DNA from: Mycobacteriales bacterium
Lineage (GTDB): Bacteria; Actinomycetota; Actinomycetes; Mycobacteriales; QHCD01
Length of the DNA stretch: 64,000 nucleotides
NCBI GenBank assembly: GCA_040414495.1
Contig: JBEDUI010000239.1
Span: forward strand, 11,501 to 75,500
Reading direction: 5' to 3'
Positions within the stretch are counted from its first letter, which is position 1; each line of letters starts with the position of its first letter. The notes beneath the pieces were generated by a model. It made no database searches, was not told the DNA's origin, and saw only the letters and a program-made list of their open reading frames with translations. Below, piece after piece: positions 1 through 9,609 of the stretch. Made by a program: the position numbers and the translations under genes.

Positions 1-1545
1 GGCCCGACCTGGTCGGTGGTGGCCGAGGCCGGGTTGACCGACCTCGGCGGGGTCGACTTCGACCAGGCCATCGTGGAGCACATCGCCGGGCGCCAGGCCG
101 GTCCGCACCAGGCCGAGTGGGACGCCATGCTCGCCGCGGCCGACCCGGCCAGCCGCCGCCTGCGCCGCGCGTTCGAGACGGACGTACGGGACTGCAAGGA
201 GGCGCTGTCCCGGTACGCCCAGGCCGAGGTTCCGATGCCGGAGCCGTTCTCCGACGAGCTGCTCACCCGGGCCGAGTTCGAGGGCCTGATCCGCGACAAG
301 CTCGCCCGTACCGTCGACCTGCTGGCCGAGCAACTGTCCCGCGGTGAGGTCGGCGAGCAGGTGCTGGCGGGGGTGTACCTGGTCGGCGGTTCGTCCCGGA
401 TCCCGCTGGTTGCCCGGCTCATTCAGGAGCAGCTGGGCATTACGCCGACCACGCTGGACCAGCCCGAGACATCGGTAGCCACCGGAGCGCTGTTGGTGCC
501 GGCTGACTCTGTTCCGGGTCCACTTGGCACGCAGGCTCCGCCGGTGCCGCCCGGGTACCGACCCGGATACGGACCGGGTACGGGAACGGCGCCGACCCAG
601 CCCGGCGCACCTTCGCAACCAATGCCCTCCGGTCAGGTTCCGCAGACCGGCCCGATTCCCTCTGGCCAGGTTCCGTCCGGTCCGGTCCCGTCCGGCTCGG
701 TCCCATCGGGTCAGGTCCCATCCGGTCAGGTTCCGTCCGGCTCGGTCCCATCGGGACATATCGCGGCACGACAGATCCCGTCCGGGCCCGTGCCACAAGC
801 CGGCCAGTTCCCTTCCGGGCAAGTACGTTCCGGCCAGTTCCCTTCCGGGGTTCACACCCCGCCGAACGGCCAGAACCGCCCGTCCTACGGCCCGCCGACG
901 CAGGGCCCGATGCCGTCGCGACCACCGGGCCAGTCGAACTCCCGGCGCCTGCGTTGGATAGCGCCGCTGGGCGGAGTGGTCGCCATCGCGGTCGCGGCCG
1001 TCATCGTCGTAGTGGTCCGGGACAACTCCGGCCACGGCAGCGCCCACGGCGCGACCACATCCAGCCCGACCCAGACCCCGACCGCCAGTGCGGACGCATC
1101 GACCAACTCCGCGGTCAGCGGCGCCCAGACCAAATTCGACCGGTACTTCCCCGACCCGGACGTCCAGGCGTACATGCGCCCGTCCTACAAGGTCATCAGC
1201 AGCTGTGAGCAACCGCAGAACGGCGAAACGTACTGCCAGCTAAAGAACGGACTCACCGTCGCGGTCGGCACCGGTGTCACCGGCGCCCGGCAACAGACAC
1301 TGCCCGGTACGTCGAACTCGATCGTGCACAACCCGCATACCAGCTGGAAGGAACAGCGCTGGGACAAGGGCGAGGGCAGCGGCGAGTTGCGGACCTGGCT
1401 GGGCCGCGATAAACCCGACTCACCGCTGTTGTACTGGGACCGCAACGGCAGCGTGTACGGCTTTCTCGGCATCGAGAAGGGCTCGGTCACCACGACGACG
1501 GCGGCGTCGCTGTTGGCAACCTGGAAGGCCAATTTCGAGCACTGA
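1..1545 (+). CDS. Hsp70/DnaK-like ATPase fragment (5' end cut by window edge) fused to a PSGxV repeat linker, one TM helix and a C-terminal domain of about 170 aa with unknown function
   Basis: Frame 1 is open from nt 1. AEAGLTDLGGVDFDQAIVEHI, LVGGSSRIPLV and ETSVATGAL resemble Hsp70 nucleotide-binding-domain motifs (DnaK GDTHLGGEDFD, LVGGxTRxP). These are followed by Pro/Gly/Ser repeats and the hydrophobic stretch IAPLGGVVAIAVAAVIVVVV. Stop at 1543-1545. Confidence 0.75.
   Translation, partial: GPTWSVVAEAGLTDLGGVDFDQAIVEHIAGRQAGPHQAEWDAMLAAADPASRRLRRAFETDVRDCKEALSRYAQAEVPMPEPFSDELLTRAEFEGLIRDKLARTVDLLAEQLSRGEVGEQVLAGVYLVGGSSRIPLVARLIQEQLGITPTTLDQPETSVATGALLVPADSVPGPLGTQAPPVPPGYRPGYGPGTGTAPTQPGAPSQPMPSGQVPQTGPIPSGQVPSGPVPSGSVPSGQVPSGQVPSGSVPSGHIAARQIPSGPVPQAGQFPSGQVRSGQFPSGVHTPPNGQNRPSYGPPTQGPMPSRPPGQSNSRRLRWIAPLGGVVAIAVAAVIVVVVRDNSGHGSAHGATTSSPTQTPTASADASTNSAVSGAQTKFDRYFPDPDVQAYMRPSYKVISSCEQPQNGETYCQLKNGLTVAVGTGVTGARQQTLPGTSNSIVHNPHTSWKEQRWDKGEGSGELRTWLGRDKPDSPLLYWDRNGSVYGFLGIEKGSVTTTTAASLLATWKANFEH
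622..855 (+). repeat. Degenerate 15-nt in-frame tandem repeat encoding (P-S-G-x-V)n
   Basis: Protein reads PSGQVPQTGPIPSGQVPSGPVPSGSVPSGQVPSGQVPSGSVPSG...FPSGQVRSGQFPSG. The DNA units ccgtccggtccggtc / ccgtccggctcggtc / ccatcgggtcaggtc are most regular at 658-762. Confidence 0.8.
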
Positions 1546-1732
1546 TCTGGCAAATCCGCGCTACCAGGACACGGAGACCGGCGTCACACATTTATGCTGG
1601 TCCGTTGGGGGAGTATGGAGGAGTTCTCCTCGTGCGTGCGCGCGAGCTGGTGATGCGGCGTGGCAACCAGCGCAGGTAAGAAGCGTCATTCTTCCCGCGG
1701 CGCCGCAGAGCGGCACAGCAGAAAGGGAGTTC

Positions 1733-3604
1733 ATGCCCAAGCAGGTCGAGCAGCGCGACCGGGTCGTTATTCGGTTCGCCGGTGACTCGGGCGATGGCAT
1801 GCAGTTGACGGGTGACCGATTCACCCAGGAGTCCGCGGCATTTGGTAACGATCTCTCAACGTTGCCGAACTTCCCCGCCGAGATCCGGGCGCCAGCCGGC
1901 ACGCTGCCGGGTGTCTCGTCGTTCCAACTGCATTTCGCCGATCACGACATCATGACCCCCGGCGACGCGCCGGACGTTCTGGTCGCGATGAACCCGGCCG
2001 CGCTGAAGGCGAACTTCGGCGATCTGCCCCGCGGCGCCACGATCATCGTGGACACCCACGACTTCACCAAGCGTGCCCTGACCCGGGTCGGATATGCCGA
2101 GAATCCGCTCGAAGACGGCTCCCTGGCGGCGTACAACCTGCACGCCATCGATCTGACCGGTCTCACCACGACCGCACTTGAATCGTTTGATCTGGGCCGT
2201 AAGGAATCGGCGCGAGCGAAGAACATGTTCGCGCTCGGTCTGCTGTCCTGGATGTATCACCGCCCGGTCGAGGGCACCGTCCGCTTTTTGGAAACAAAGT
2301 TTGCCAGCAAGCCCGATATCGCCGCCGCAAATATCACGGCATTTCGTGCGGGCTGGAATTACGGCGAGACGACCGAAGCTTTCGCCGTTTCGTACGAGGT
2401 GAAACCAGCGCCGCTGCCAACCGGTACGTACCGCAATATCTCCGGAAACCTGGCCCTGGCCTACGGCCTTATCGCTGCCGCGCAGCAGGCCAAACTGCCG
2501 CTGTTCCTGGGCGCGTACCCGATCACGCCGGCCAGCGACATCCTGCACGAACTGGCCAAGCACAAGCGGTACGGCGTCACCACGTTCCAGGCCGAGGACG
2601 AGATTGCCGGCGCCGGCGCCGCGTTGGGGGCCAGCTTCGGCGGCGCGTTGGGCGTCACGAGTACGGCCGGCCCAGGTGTGGCGCTCAAATCCGAAACAAT
2701 CGGCCTGGCCGCGACGCTCGAGTTGCCGATGGTGGTCATCGATGTGCAGCGCGCCGGTCCTTCGACCGGTATGCCGACCAAGCCGGAACAGTCCGACCTG
2801 TTGCTGGCGATCGGCGGCCGGCACGGCGAATCGCCGGTTCCGGTCATCGCGCCGCAGTCCCCTTCGGACTGCTTCGATATCGCGCTGGAAGCCGTACGGA
2901 TCGCGACCACGTACCGCACGCCGGTGTTCATCCTGTCCGATGGGTACCTGGCTAACGGCTCCGAGCCGTGGCTGGTCCCGTCGGTCGAGAGCCTGCCCGA
3001 CCTGCAGGTCGAGTTCGCCACCGAGCCCAACCACACCGCCGAGGACGGCACGCGGGAGTTCTGGCCGTACCTGCGGGACCCGGAGACACTGGCCCGGCCG
3101 TGGGCGGTACCGGGCACAGCCGGCCTGGAGCACCGCATCGGCGGCATCGAAAAGGCCGACGGCACCGGCAATATCTCGTACGACCCGGACAACCACGACT
3201 TCATGGTCCGGACCCGACAGGCCAAAGTGGACGGCATCACGGTGCCGCCGCTGGAGGTCGACGATCCGTCCGGCAACGCCCGCGTACTGGTGCTGGGTTG
3301 GGGTTCGACCTACGGCCCGATTGGCGCGGCGGCCCGACGGGTACGGCGTAAGGGTCTGGCCGTGGCGCAGGCGCATCTGCGGCACCTGAACCCGTTGCCG
3401 GCCAATACCGCCGACGTGCTGCGTCGCTACGACCAGGTGATCGTGCCGGAAATGAACCTCGGACAGCTCGCCGGAATTCTGCGGGCGAAATATCTGGTCG
3501 ACGTCCTCAGCTACAACCGGGTGCGCGGTTTGCCGTTCCGAGCCGAAGAGTTGGCCGGAGTTCTGGAACATGTGATCAATGAAGGGGTCCTTGCCGATGC
3601 CTGA
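1733..3604 (+). CDS. korA: 2-oxoglutarate:ferredoxin oxidoreductase, alpha subunit
   Basis: MPKQVEQRDRVVIRFAGDSGDGMQLTG is a typical KorA N-terminus, and the length (623 aa) fits. ATG at 1733 is preceded by gaaagggag. The ORF-track start at 1274 adds an Arg/Cys-rich, non-coding-looking extension. Confidence 0.9.
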   Translation: MPKQVEQRDRVVIRFAGDSGDGMQLTGDRFTQESAAFGNDLSTLPNFPAEIRAPAGTLPGVSSFQLHFADHDIMTPGDAPDVLVAMNPAALKANFGDLPRGATIIVDTHDFTKRALTRVGYAENPLEDGSLAAYNLHAIDLTGLTTTALESFDLGRKESARAKNMFALGLLSWMYHRPVEGTVRFLETKFASKPDIAAANITAFRAGWNYGETTEAFAVSYEVKPAPLPTGTYRNISGNLALAYGLIAAAQQAKLPLFLGAYPITPASDILHELAKHKRYGVTTFQAEDEIAGAGAALGASFGGALGVTSTAGPGVALKSETIGLAATLELPMVVIDVQRAGPSTGMPTKPEQSDLLLAIGGRHGESPVPVIAPQSPSDCFDIALEAVRIATTYRTPVFILSDGYLANGSEPWLVPSVESLPDLQVEFATEPNHTAEDGTREFWPYLRDPETLARPWAVPGTAGLEHRIGGIEKADGTGNISYDPDNHDFMVRTRQAKVDGITVPPLEVDDPSGNARVLVLGWGSTYGPIGAAARRVRRKGLAVAQAHLRHLNPLPANTADVLRRYDQVIVPEMNLGQLAGILRAKYLVDVLSYNRVRGLPFRAEELAGVLEHVINEGVLADA

Positions 3605-4655
3605 GTCCGTCGATCTTGGTCTGCCCGGTCTCGCCGGCGTCCCGACCACCGACGAGAAGCAGAGCGCACGGGATTTCAAGACCGACCAAGAGGTCCGTTG
3701 GTGCCCTGGCTGTGGTGACTACGCGGTACTCGCCGCTGTGCAGGGCTTTATGCCCGAGCTGGGGGTACGCCGGGAGAACATCGTGATGATCTCCGGTATC
3801 GGCTGCTCGTCGCGATTCCCGTACTACATGAATACGTTTGGCATGCACTCCATCCACGGGCGTGCGCCGGCAATCGCGACCGGCCTGGCCGCGACCCGGC
3901 CCGACCTGTCGGTGTGGGTCGTCACTGGCGACGGGGATGCGCTCTCCATCGGCGGTAACCACCTGATCCACACGCTGCGCCGCAACGTCAACCTCAAGAT
4001 TCTGCTGTTCAACAACCGGATCTACGGCTTGACCAAGGGCCAGTACTCGCCGACCTCGGAAATCGGCAAGGTCACCAAGTCGACCCCGGTCGGCTCGCTG
4101 GACGGACCGTTCAACCCGGTATCGCTCGCGATCGGCGCTGAGGCATCGTTCGTCGCGCGGGCGATCGACTCCGACCGTAAGCAGCTGACCTCGGTATTGC
4201 GGGCGGCGGCCGAGCACCGCGGCACGGCGTTGGTCGAGATCTACCAGAACTGCAACATCTTCAACGACGACGCGTTCGAGTTGCTGAAGAACTCCGAAAC
4301 CCGGGACGACTGGACGATCCGGCTCGAGCACGGGGCGCCGCTGCGGTTCGGCGCCGACAAGTCCAAGGCCGTGATCCGCGATCGCGTCACCGGCAGCCTG
4401 CGGGTCGAAGAGAACGTCTCCGACGACGCCGACGTGGTCATCCACGACGAGCACAACCAGGACCCGGCGTACGCGTTCGCCCTGTCCCGGCTCTCCGGCA
4501 GCGACCTGCGGTACACCCCGATCGGCGTGTTCCGCTCGGTGCAGCGGCCGACCTACGACGACGAGCTACGGGCGCAGGTCAGCACGGCGCAGCAGTCGGG
4601 CACGCCGGATCTGGGCAAGCTGCTGCACGGTTCGGACACCTGGACGGTTGCTTGA
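3597..4655 (+). CDS. korB: 2-oxoglutarate:ferredoxin oxidoreductase, beta subunit (TPP-binding)
   Basis: WCPGCGDYAVLAAVQ, GIGCSSRFPYY and VVTGDGDALSIGGNH (TPP motif). The ATG at 3597 overlaps the korA stop (atgcctga). An alternative ATG lies at 3579. Confidence 0.9.
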   Translation: MPESVDLGLPGLAGVPTTDEKQSARDFKTDQEVRWCPGCGDYAVLAAVQGFMPELGVRRENIVMISGIGCSSRFPYYMNTFGMHSIHGRAPAIATGLAATRPDLSVWVVTGDGDALSIGGNHLIHTLRRNVNLKILLFNNRIYGLTKGQYSPTSEIGKVTKSTPVGSLDGPFNPVSLAIGAEASFVARAIDSDRKQLTSVLRAAAEHRGTALVEIYQNCNIFNDDAFELLKNSETRDDWTIRLEHGAPLRFGADKSKAVIRDRVTGSLRVEENVSDDADVVIHDEHNQDPAYAFALSRLSGSDLRYTPIGVFRSVQRPTYDDELRAQVSTAQQSGTPDLGKLLHGSDTWTVA

Positions 4656-4679
4656 TGCAACGGTCTGCGTGACGCCTCG

Positions 4680-5591
4680 GTGAACGAGGCGCGAAAGGGG
4701 CTCGCCTTCGGGGCGGGCTCCTATCTTTTGTGGGGTCTGTTCCCGGTCTACTGGCCGTTGGTGAAACCGGCTGGTGCGCTGGAGATTCTGGCGCACCGCA
4801 TGCTCTGGTCGGGTGTGTTTGCCGCGTTGGTGGTGACCTCGCAGCGTAAATGGGGTTCGGTCGCGGCCGTTGTTCGTACGCCACGGCGGCTGGGGCTTTT
4901 GGCCTGCGCGGCGGTCCTGGTTTCGATCAACTGGGGTACGTACATCTGGGCCGTCAACCACGACCATGTCGTGGAAACATCGCTGGGCTATTTCATCAAT
5001 CCGCTCTTTACGGTGTTGCTCGGCGTTCTCGTTTTGCAGGAACGGCTGCGGCGCAGCCAGTGGATCGCGCTGGGCTTCGGGTTGGTCGCGATCGCGGTCA
5101 TCGCGATTGATTACGGCCGTCCACCGTGGATTGCATTGACGTTGGCGTTGTCGTTCGGGACGTACGGCCTGCTGAAAAAGAAGGCCCAGTGCGGCGCGGT
5201 CGAGGGCTTTGCGATCGAGACATCGGTGCAGTTTTTGCCGGCGCTGCTGTATCTCGGGGTGCTGACCTCGCGCGGGCAGAGCACGTTCGGGCACCACGGC
5301 CCCGGTCAGGTTCTGTTGTTGGTGTGCGCCGGCGTGGTGACCGGGGTTCCGTTGCTGCTGTTCGCGTCGGCGGCGCGGCGGTTGCCGCTCTCGACGCTCG
5401 GGTTGCTGCAATACCTGGCGCCGATCCTGCAGTTCCTTTTCGGCGTGCTGTTGTTCCACGAGCCGATGCCGGCCGCGCAGTTGGTCGGGTTCGTATTGGT
5501 GTGGATCGGGCTGGTGCTGCTGTCCGCCGATGCGGTACGGACACAGGCCCGGCAGCGGCGCTCCGCCGCGGCCGCGTTGGAAACCGCGTAA
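4680..5591 (+). CDS. rarD: RarD/EamA-family (DMT superfamily) transporter
   Basis: 303 aa with about 10 hydrophobic segments. The N-terminus GLAFGAGSYLLWGLFPVYWPL is typical of RarD. Confidence 0.8.
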   Translation: MNEARKGLAFGAGSYLLWGLFPVYWPLVKPAGALEILAHRMLWSGVFAALVVTSQRKWGSVAAVVRTPRRLGLLACAAVLVSINWGTYIWAVNHDHVVETSLGYFINPLFTVLLGVLVLQERLRRSQWIALGFGLVAIAVIAIDYGRPPWIALTLALSFGTYGLLKKKAQCGAVEGFAIETSVQFLPALLYLGVLTSRGQSTFGHHGPGQVLLLVCAGVVTGVPLLLFASAARRLPLSTLGLLQYLAPILQFLFGVLLFHEPMPAAQLVGFVLVWIGLVLLSADAVRTQARQRRSAAAALETA

Positions 5592-5596
5592 TGCCG

Positions 5597-5660
5597 TAGG
5601 GCGTGTTGCTTAAGTCCTAAGAGTCGCGCAGCAACCAGGGGACTTAGGCAACATGCCCTA
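5597..5660. repeat. 64-nt palindromic element, family C, copy 1 (hairpin directly after the rarD stop)
   Basis: Arm tagggcgtgttgcttaagtcc (5597-5617) pairs with ggacttaggcaacatgcccta (5640-5660), 19 of 21 bp. A near-identical element in inverted orientation lies at 48713-48773. Confidence 0.85.
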
Positions 5661-5793
5661 AGCTCGGGCGGTGACAAACCGGGGTTCAGGTCGAGGGCGG
5701 CCGACGCGTGAGCAGCTTGAGCGGCGTTCTGGTCGTCGTGCGCCAAGTCCGCGGGCGGCTTCGCGGCGCGCTGAAATCGTTGCCCCGGTACGG

Positions 5794-6792
5794 ATGTTCG
5801 CCGCGACCGTACCCGGTCTGGCTGCGCTGACCACGCGCGAGCTCGCCGCCGCTGGTATTCGGGCGACCGGGTCGGGATCCGACGGCCGGTCCGACCTCGT
5901 GCTGTTCGAAGCGATCCCGGCCGCGCTGCGGGGTTTGCGGACCGTGGAGGACCTGTTCGTCGAGATCGGCCGTACTCTTCGGTCCGAAGGCGACCGTCCA
6001 CAGTGGATATCCAAGCGACTCTGGAAGCCGAATCGGCTGGAGACGGCGTTGCTGGCGCGGGCCCGGTCGCTGCCGCGGGCGCCGACGTACCGGGTGATCG
6101 CCCGGGTCCTGCAGGAACGCTCGTTCCTGCGTACCGAACTGCGCCGCGCCCTGGCCTCCATAGTGGAGCGCGACCGTCCACAGTGGAAGCCGGGCGACCC
6201 GGCGCAGTTGGAGATCTGGGTCAGTGAATACCGGGCCGGGCGGTTCGTGGCCGGGTTGCGCCTCACCGACGCCAGTACCCGCCAGCACGGCGGCCGCGAA
6301 CAGGAACGTTCTGGCGCGCTGCGTCCGGCCGTCGCCGCGGCGATGGTGAGCCTGGCCGGGACGCCGGGAAGCTTGCTGGATCCCTGCTGTGGCTCCGGCA
6401 CGATCCTGGCCGAGGCCCGGTCTGCGGGTTGGTCGGTCAGCGGTTCGGACATCGATTCGAAGGCGGTCGCGGTGGCCAGCCGCAACCTCGGTCCCGATGT
6501 GCCGGTCGATCGGGCCGACGCGCGCCGGCTGGACCTACCCGAGGCCAGCGTGGACGCGTGCGTGAGCAACCTGCCGTTCGGCCGGCAGTACGACGTAGCC
6601 GAGCCGATGGACGATTGGTTGCGCGCGGTGCTGTCCGAGCTGGCCCGGGTCACTCGGCCCGGCGGGCGGATCGTGCTGCTGGCCCCGAAGATCCCGGCCG
6701 TGGTCGTCCCGAAATCGCTGCGCCAGACCGAACGGCATTCGATCACGCTGTTGGGGACGAGGACGACGATCTGGGCCTACGCCCGCCGCTAA
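5794..6792 (+). CDS. THUMP-domain class I SAM-dependent RNA methyltransferase
   Basis: Has the SAM motif LLDPCCGSGTILAEA and the catalytic-type motif NLPFG. The ORF opens at 5671, but its first 41 codons are Arg-rich and abut the palindromic element. I prefer the ATG at 5794 (MFAATVPGLAALTTREL); the start is uncertain. Confidence 0.75.
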   Translation: MFAATVPGLAALTTRELAAAGIRATGSGSDGRSDLVLFEAIPAALRGLRTVEDLFVEIGRTLRSEGDRPQWISKRLWKPNRLETALLARARSLPRAPTYRVIARVLQERSFLRTELRRALASIVERDRPQWKPGDPAQLEIWVSEYRAGRFVAGLRLTDASTRQHGGREQERSGALRPAVAAAMVSLAGTPGSLLDPCCGSGTILAEARSAGWSVSGSDIDSKAVAVASRNLGPDVPVDRADARRLDLPEASVDACVSNLPFGRQYDVAEPMDDWLRAVLSELARVTRPGGRIVLLAPKIPAVVVPKSLRQTERHSITLLGTRTTIWAYARR

Positions 6793-6856
6793 ATCTTTGG
6801 GCGCGCACCGCCGCAACCCACCAAACCCCGGCGGCCCCGCCCCAGCCCACCACCAC

Positions 6857-6903
6857 GCCGCGTGTGACTCTGCTCCAAGGAGTGGAGCAGAGTCACACGC
6901 GGC
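6857..6903. terminator. Perfect 21-bp stem / 5-nt loop hairpin between convergent genes
   Basis: gccgcgtgtgactctgctcca (6857-6877), loop aggag, tggagcagagtcacacgcggc (6883-6903). It lies between the methyltransferase (+) and lipase (-) 3' ends. There is no U-tract, so terminator function is inferred. Confidence 0.55.
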
Positions 6904-7041
6904 AGCGGACTACCCAAGCGGGGCGGGCGCGCGAGACGACCGAGCGGGATGCGGCACTGGCGAACGAGGAAGCGCTAGCGGCCCCACGCCGCAGGACCCG
7001 CACCCACGTCGCAAGCCGGCAAGACCGAAGCGAGCCGAAGC

Positions 7042-8310
7042 CTAAGCGAGCGGCGGCGCGATCTGCTCGAACCACTGCAGCGCCGCGGTCAGGCCATGCC
7101 GCCCGGAGTCCAGGTGCCCGTAGTCACCCAGATCGACAACCGGGGCATCCGCGCCATTGCGGGCCAACGCGCTCTGACAGCTGTACGCGTTGGCGATCGC
7201 GACCTGCTCATCGCTGTGCGCGGCGTAAATCCGGGTCGGCACCCGCGGCGCCCAGCCGGTGCAGGACGTGTCGTTCATCCGCAGCTCCGCCGCGAATCGA
7301 CCGGTCGGATGCTCCAGCATATCCAGGAATTTCGGCGTGAAAAGCTGCTGGACCGAGTCCGGCAATGCCGCGAATATCTCGCCGTCCTCGTGCTGTCCAT
7401 TGTAGAGCGGAGCGACCGTCTTATCGTACGGCGGCTGAAAAGTCTCGCTAGGCGAATCGTACAAATGATAAATTCGATTCCACGCGGTCACCAGATACGC
7501 CGTATAAAAGGCGGAATCCTTCGGATCCAGCCGGCCATCGAAAATCGCCGGAATTTCAGCGTGCTCGATATCGTACGGCCCGCTGATCGGCGCCAACGCG
7601 GCCAACCGCAGACCCGGCACCGCGCCCGATTGCAACGCCTTACCCACGAACATTGCCGCCGCGCCACCCTGCGAAAAGCCGGTCACCAAAATGCGCGAAT
7701 CAAAACCGCGGTGCACCCGATGCGAAAACACAAATGCGGCCCGCAACAGATCCGTCGAGGCCGACGTCTCCGACGCCCCATGCATATACGGGTGCGCACC
7801 TGGCCCGAGACCGAGACCGAGGTAATCCGGCGCCACCACGGCATAACCGGCCGAGCCGAGCTGCAATCCCTCCGGCGACGCGCCGTTGTCGCCGACCGAA
7901 GGCGCCTCGTCGGCCCCGGCCATGGTGCCGTGGGTGTAGTTGATGACCCGCAGCCGCCGCTCGTTGTTGCGGGGAACGACGACCAGTCCGCTCGCGGTCG
8001 TCGGCCGACCGGCCACATCTATCGTCCGGTAGACGATTCGGTACGCATCCACGCCGTACCGCACCCGCGTCGTATCGAATTCATTGTCCTTCAACACCGC
8101 GGTCACGTCCTGCGGGGACAGGCGCTGCACCCGTTCCGCCGACACAATGCTGCCGCGCGTCGAATGCGCCGACACATGTGCCGCAGCCCGCGCCGACGCC
8201 GTGCCCGGACTAGCAGCAAACGCGGTCGCCGATCCGCCCAATACCACCGCCGCGCAGACGACAGCAGAAATTGCCTTCAGTGCCTGAGATTTCGTACGAG
8301 AAATGTCCAT
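7042..8310 (-). CDS. Secreted alpha/beta-hydrolase, secretory-lipase-like
   Basis: N-terminal signal peptide (AVVCAAVVLGGSATAFAASPG), nucleophile elbow GFSQGG, 422 aa. Confidence 0.75.
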   Translation of the reverse strand: MDISRTKSQALKAISAVVCAAVVLGGSATAFAASPGTASARAAAHVSAHSTRGSIVSAERVQRLSPQDVTAVLKDNEFDTTRVRYGVDAYRIVYRTIDVAGRPTTASGLVVVPRNNERRLRVINYTHGTMAGADEAPSVGDNGASPEGLQLGSAGYAVVAPDYLGLGLGPGAHPYMHGASETSASTDLLRAAFVFSHRVHRGFDSRILVTGFSQGGAAAMFVGKALQSGAVPGLRLAALAPISGPYDIEHAEIPAIFDGRLDPKDSAFYTAYLVTAWNRIYHLYDSPSETFQPPYDKTVAPLYNGQHEDGEIFAALPDSVQQLFTPKFLDMLEHPTGRFAAELRMNDTSCTGWAPRVPTRIYAAHSDEQVAIANAYSCQSALARNGADAPVVDLGDYGHLDSGRHGLTAALQWFEQIAPPLA

Positions 8311-8391
8311 GCACCGAAGCTAGGCGGCCCGCCGGCTCCAGCCAGGAGTTCTGGACCGCCTATCCAGGTGGGGTTTTCTCCCGTATGACGA

Positions 8392-9609
8392 TTAACGCTT
8401 GACCGGCAGCGCGCGCAACCGGATCGTCTCGGGCAGCGACTCCAATTCGGCCCGCAGCGCCTCAGTGAAATTGGCCGAGATATCAGTCAGCAGATAACCG
8501 ATGTCGTCACGGGTGGCCAACTGCTGCGAGTCGACGTTCACCCCGTGCTGGGCCAAAACCGCGTTCACCGCGGCCAACACACCCGGGACGTTGTGGTGTA
8601 CGTAAACCAACCGGCAGCCACCGGACGCGCCCTCCGGCGTCAACGCCGGCAGGTTGACGCTCATCGTGCTGGCACCGGAAGCGGCGTAATCGATCAGCTT
8701 GCCGGCCACGTACCGCCCGATGTCCTCCTGCGCTTCCTCGGTGGAACCACCGATGTGTGGGGTGAGGATGACGTTCGGCAAGCCACGCAGTTCGGAAACG
8801 AACGGGTCGTTCGAGCTTTTCGGCTCGGACGGAAATACGTCGATGGCCGCGCCGGCCAGGTGACCGGACTCGATGTGCGCCCGCAGCGCGTCATGGTCGA
8901 CGGTGAAGCCACGGGACAGATTCAAAAACAGCGATCCGGGAACCATCCGCGCGAACTCGGATTCGCCGAACAACCCGACGTTTCCGGGGCGACCGTCCAC
9001 ATGCAACGTCACGATGTCGACCGATTCGAGCAGCTCGTCCATCGAGGCGCAGCGCCGGGCATTTCCCAACGCCAATTTGTCGCCGGTGTCGTAAAAGGCG
9101 ACCGACATACCCAGCGCCTCGGCCACGACGGACAACTGCGAGCCGATATTCCCGTACCCGACAATTCCCAGCCGCCGGCCGCGAATTTCGTGCGCGCCGG
9201 CCGCGGATTTGTTCCACTCGCCGGCGTGCATTCCGGCATTCTTGTCGGTCAGCCGGCGGGTCAGCGAGATGATCTCGCCGATCGCCAACTCGACCACGCT
9301 CCGGGTGTTGGAGAACGGCGCATTGAACGCGATAACGCCGCGGTGCGCGGCCGCGCTCAGGTCGATCTGGTTGGTGCCGATGCAGAACGCGCCGACCGCC
9401 TGCAGGTCCGGGCTGTGCTCCAGCACCTCCTCGGTGATGGTCGTCTGCGAGCGGATGCCGAGCAGCTGTACGCCGCGCAGCCGCTCGATCAACTCCTCCG
9501 GTCCGAACGCGCGACTCTCCTGCTCGACGTGATGTCCGGCCGCTTGAAGCAATTCCACCGCTACCGGATGAATACGCTCCAGCAGCACGACGTTAAGTCC
9601 GGCAGTCAC
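8392..9609 (-). CDS. serA: D-3-phosphoglycerate dehydrogenase (with C-terminal ACT-like domain)
   Basis: NAD-binding GIVGYGNIGSQL, 2-hydroxyacid dehydrogenase signature (TPHIGGSTEEAQ), 405 aa as in long SerA forms. Confidence 0.8.
   Translation of the reverse strand: MTAGLNVVLLERIHPVAVELLQAAGHHVEQESRAFGPEELIERLRGVQLLGIRSQTTITEEVLEHSPDLQAVGAFCIGTNQIDLSAAAHRGVIAFNAPFSNTRSVVELAIGEIISLTRRLTDKNAGMHAGEWNKSAAGAHEIRGRRLGIVGYGNIGSQLSVVAEALGMSVAFYDTGDKLALGNARRCASMDELLESVDIVTLHVDGRPGNVGLFGESEFARMVPGSLFLNLSRGFTVDHDALRAHIESGHLAGAAIDVFPSEPKSSNDPFVSELRGLPNVILTPHIGGSTEEAQEDIGRYVAGKLIDYAASGASTMSVNLPALTPEGASGGCRLVYVHHNVPGVLAAVNAVLAQHGVNVDSQQLATRDDIGYLLTDISANFTEALRAELESLPETIRLRALPVKR

Noticed and set aside
1274-1732. 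N-terminal extensions in ORF-track models: korA (1274), nuoM (to 18258), nuoH (to 23412), nuoF (to 27116), nuoE (to 27792), menC (to 38167), menG (to 34236), hemD (to 63592) and the histidine phosphatase (to 53936).
   Set aside because: In each case the extension overlaps the upstream gene or is Arg/Pro-rich. An internal start with an RBS or a stop-start overlap gives a protein of canonical length beginning at conserved N-terminal motifs.
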